From Spirogloea muscicola (lineage: Eukaryota), in the NCBI GenBank assembly GCA_009602725.1, contig WELB01000021.1:1002634-1055228 (forward strand): DNA of 52,595 nt, written 5' to 3'. Shown here piece after piece: positions 49,318-52,595 of this stretch. The notes beneath the pieces are model-generated. The model saw only the letters and a program-made list of their open reading frames with translations, ran no database searches and was not told the DNA's origin. Position numbers and translations under genes: made by a program. The first letter of the stretch is position 1. Every line of letters starts with the position of its first letter.

Positions 49318-49440
49318 ATGTGCTCACTCGGGGATATTAGTGTCCCCCTTAGCCTGCTCATCACCCAGTTAACAGGTCATTTGTAAGGCTTGAATTGGCC
49401 TCCCTCTCAATTTCATGCGCACCGCGCGCCTTCTCTCTTC
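49318..49440 (+). mobile_element. 3' end of a family E element emerging from the gap
   Basis: VLTRGY* (stop 49338-49340) directly followed by the ~100-bp unit found alone at 25977 and 46382. Confidence 0.8.
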
Positions 49441-49449
49441 CAGGAGAGC

Positions 49450-49860
49450 AGGCTGCTAGAGGAGTGAGGCAGCAGCAGTGGCAGGAGGAATGGGGGGGGG
49501 GGAAAGAGGGCCGGCAGTGCCGATTGGGGCCTTGTCAACCGGTCCTGCTGGAGCTGCTAGAGGAGGAGTGGAGCAGCAGCAGTAGCAGGAGAAATGGCAG
49601 TAGGGGGGAGGAGGCCTGGAAGTGCCATTGAGGGCCTTGTCGGCCTGGCCTGCGTCCGCTTCAGGAGCTGCTAGAGGAGTGGAGCAGCAGCAGTGGCTGG
49701 AGGGATGGCGGGGGTGGGAAGGATGGCCAGAAATGCCGATAGAGGCCTTGTCGACCCGTCCTGCGTCCGCTTCTGGGGCTGCTGGAGGAGTGGGAAGCAG
49801 CAGCTGTGGCAGGAGGGTAGCGGGGGTGGGAGGGAGGGCCGGCAGTGCCGGGGCAGCCAA
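49450..49860. repeat. imperfect tandem repeat, ~100-115 bp unit, ~3.7 copies
   Basis: Unit gctgct(a/g)gaggagtg..gcagcagcagtggc.ggag..ggcc.g.a.tgcc.at.g.ggccttgtc..cc.g.cctgc begins near 49452, 49553, 49667 and 49778. Confidence 0.85.
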
Positions 49861-50699
49861 GAGCAGGGTGGCCGAAGGGATAGCACGAGCGAGGGTGACT
49901 GGGGAAGCTCGGCAGCCGGCCAGTCATATCTTACAGGGCTGACAACCAGTCAATGCACCTAGAGCACGTCAATGAGCGAGTAGTTCATTCTTTGGCACTT
50001 CGCCCTGATATTCGCAGAGGAAAGCAACTGCCAAGTACCTGTGTGGCTACTGGCTGGCTGCCAGCCAGACCTCATTTCTATCCTCGAAGCTTCGTCTGTC
50101 TCGTGTATTGCGTTTGCTATTGATGCGCTAGACCCATTTGGTGAGACAAAGACTTCTGTGACCTTTCTTCTGCAAGAGGAATGAGGAGAACTACCGCAAG
50201 GTGGTCTCAGTGATTCCTTTGTGGCATCAGATGACATGTGTTCTATGGCATTCAGCCATAGAACACATGTGTTGCAACTTGACGAAACGAAATTGAGACC
50301 TGGTCACAGAAACTTGAGGTGACAGCAACGACAGCTGTTGCTCGCATGCAACTGCCAACCTCATGTGAGGCAATTGCGCCACGACTGTGATACTGCAAGT
50401 TGATGCGTGGTAGCACCTGTGCTCATTCCTCAAGTGGCCCTGCAACATGTCCTCCCTGCTGTAGTACGTGGTGACATGCTTGCTTACTAATCACTGCCTG
50501 ACTAGCCAATGGCTCGGTCGTGTCACTGTGCCATTTCCGCTGCCGTTCACTGCTTGCTACATGTGCCTATGTTGGCCTTCTCGATGCTTACATCGGGACG
50601 CCTCAGGAAAGAATCCTGCCATCGGGTACTATGACGAGATACACATGCACACAACGAGCGAGTAGCTTGTCGATGAAAGAGGTCAAAGCAACTGGGCAC

Positions 50700-50990
50700 T
50701 AAAGCTCCGACCAATACAGCACTACCCTCTGAAGGCAAGGAGTAAGGGCACGTAGTGGTCGTTGACGACCTCCTCTTGCTGAAACAGAGAATGCTTCGTC
50801 CAAAGCCCATGATGATTTTGATGGCCATTGGTCACCCTGCCTCCAGAAACATGCCAAACATGGCATCCCTGAGGAGGTCGTAAGCAGCCCTTCGCTCGCC
50901 TCCATTTGTGCACAGCGCAGGACGTGCTCCGCTATTTTCAACAAATCCGCCGCAGGCCGTCTGCGCATTTAGACTGTAGCGCTCCCGAGG
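50700..50990 (-). mobile_element. degenerate CRE-like CCHC/endonuclease fragment
   Basis: AEHVLRCA..ER..YDLLRDAMFGMFLEAG and later YVPLLL, across frameshifts. Confidence 0.7.
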
Positions 50991-51024
50991 GACAGAAAAA
51001 GCCAGCCCACAATACCATCAACAC

Positions 51025-51508
51025 GGCTCGGGTCTCGGTGGAGTGCCTCTTTCCCTGCAGCGAGCTACTCTGACTTGATGTTGCTCACTCGTGGGTACTG
51101 AGCTTCCCTCTGCATCGTCTCGTGTTTTGTAGTGTAGTCCTTTTTCGGCACCTCTTTCTTTGGCTTTGGACATTGTCCATTTTTTGGGCTGGCTTTGCCT
51201 GCCCCTCTTCTCTATGGGCGTGCACTTTCTTCTAAGGAGCTGGAAAGGTTAGAGCCCAAAAGGGGGCGGGGGCTGTGAGAAAATCGTTGACCAAGGAGCG
51301 CAAACGGGATGGACGGATGGATTGAGCTACTCCGACATGATCTTGCTCACTCGCGGGTAGTGAGCTTCCTTCTGCATCGTCTTGTGTTTTGTAGTGTTTT
51401 GTGGTGTAGTCCTTTTTCGGCACCTCTTTCTTTGGCTTTGAACATTGTCCATTCATTTTGGGCTGGCTTTGCCAGCCCCTCTTCTCTACGGGCGAGCACT
51501 TTCTTCTG
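51025..51508 (+). mobile_element. two tandem family A 3' fragments (51025-51232 and ~51320-51508)
   Basis: SASFPAASYSDLMLLTRGY* plus 3' UTR matching the reverse complement of 28977-29195. Confidence 0.88.
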
Positions 51509-51552
51509 ACGGAGTGTAGGGAGCACCCCATCACCCAGTGGTGCACGTGGAA

Positions 51553-52595
51553 AGAAGAAGTGGCTCTCCCAATGAGGGCAAGGGCTGTGAGAAGCCAGCC
51601 CGAAAAGAATTGACAAGGTTCGAAGGGGCCAAACTACGAGCTAAGCAGCGACTGCGGGGCCTGAAGAGGCTATGGCAGAACGGGGGAGGATGGACCACTT
51701 AGTAGTTACGAGTGAGGAGCCTCACATCCGACAGACTAGCTGCCGGTAAACTATCCCCCTGACGAAAGCCGGAGGCCGCAGCGAGAGCACGGCCAGCTCG
51801 CAGATGCAAGGCGTGGGCCATGGACCGCTGGAGGGAGACGGACAACCGCATACGATACACCTGAGCCCACGAGCCAGCGGCGTTGAAGTCAGCCGGCTCA
51901 CCGCGCCTGCGGGACACAGCGCGCCGTGCAAGCCTGGCCAACAGGTCGAGCCAGTGGGATCCGAGAGCCCCATGCACGTCCACAGCCAGGGGAACGAACT
52001 CGTCGGCAGCCGGGTGGTCGGCGTGTTTGGCCGCCTTGCTGCGAGCGGCCTTTGCCGCAGCGTGGCCAGCCCGCGAGGCAGAAAGCCCCGGGTTGGAGCG
52101 GTCGACCACATCAGTGGTGACCACATCGGCAATGATGCGCCCGCCACCGCCCGTCGTGGACGCCACCAAGTCGACGCGGCGCGTGTGGAGTCCGTCGGCC
52201 CTCTGGAGGATGGGCATGACAGAAGTATTCTCCATCGCAACTGTGTATCCGGCCTCCTGAAAGATGCCGAACATACCGTCGCGGAGGTGGTCGTGAGCGG
52301 CAGTGCGCTCGCCGCCAGTGGCGCAGCGAAGGATATGCGCCGCTAGCTCCGCCGGGTCCGTCGACCGCTCCCCACACTCACACTGCAGCACGCCAAGCAG
52401 ACAGGGCGGGGGAAGACCCAACAGGCGATGGGTGGCCGTACGGAAGAGTTCGTCCGGCATCCTGAGGGCGTCGTACAGGGGGAGCGCGGACAGCCAGGCT
52501 GCCGCGCCAGGGGAGGCGGCCGACAGCAGCCGAGCATGGCCTCGCACGTCTGTGGGAGGGAGGAGCTGCAGCGTGGCCGTGAAGGACGCCTTGTC
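51553..52595 (-). mobile_element. family B element, open frame running off the window end
   Basis: ORF to stop at 51699: AWLSALP, CECG..HILRC..HD, RRVDLV..IADVVTT, LAVDVHG, LLTRNY*. Complete 3' UTR and ttcttc tail. Confidence 0.93.

Noticed and set aside
48203..49386. Four ORFs over 300 aa
   Set aside because: Artefacts of translating through the N gap.
50234..50290. Hairpin as a Helitron 3' terminus
   Set aside because: No CTRR at the expected distance on either strand, and no RepHel sequence in the window.

Overview
Eukaryotic, intron-containing, repeat-rich DNA. The host is probably a streptophyte alga or early-diverging plant, inferred from NAC-domain genes with GT-AG introns. Three things dominate the window. 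(1) A dense nest of CRE-clade-like non-LTR retrotransposons (RT plus C-terminal CCHC and restriction-like endonuclease) from at least five diverged families, which I label A-E. All end in (L/V)LT(R/H)(G/N)Y-stop and a two-hairpin 3' end with a CTT-rich tail. There is one near-full-length but frameshifted copy (28977-33640, minus), several 5'-truncated copies, and roughly 35-45 (counted by eye) 50-200 bp 3'-end fragments, three with clear target-site duplications. (2) A NAC transcription-factor cluster: one fairly canonical NAC gene (40114-~42050, minus) and four highly divergent, mostly disrupted NAC-like paralogues with an N-terminal CxxC...CxxC motif. (3) Five decayed copies of an unidentified protein-coding family interleaved with the NAC-like genes. 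Also present are a ~3 kb inverted segmental duplication (826-3860 vs 25810-28976) containing a copia-type gag relic, a ~110 bp minisatellite, a perfect 16-bp hairpin, and a 747-N assembly gap. Most long ORFs in the supplied track are GC-rich antisense or out-of-frame shadows.
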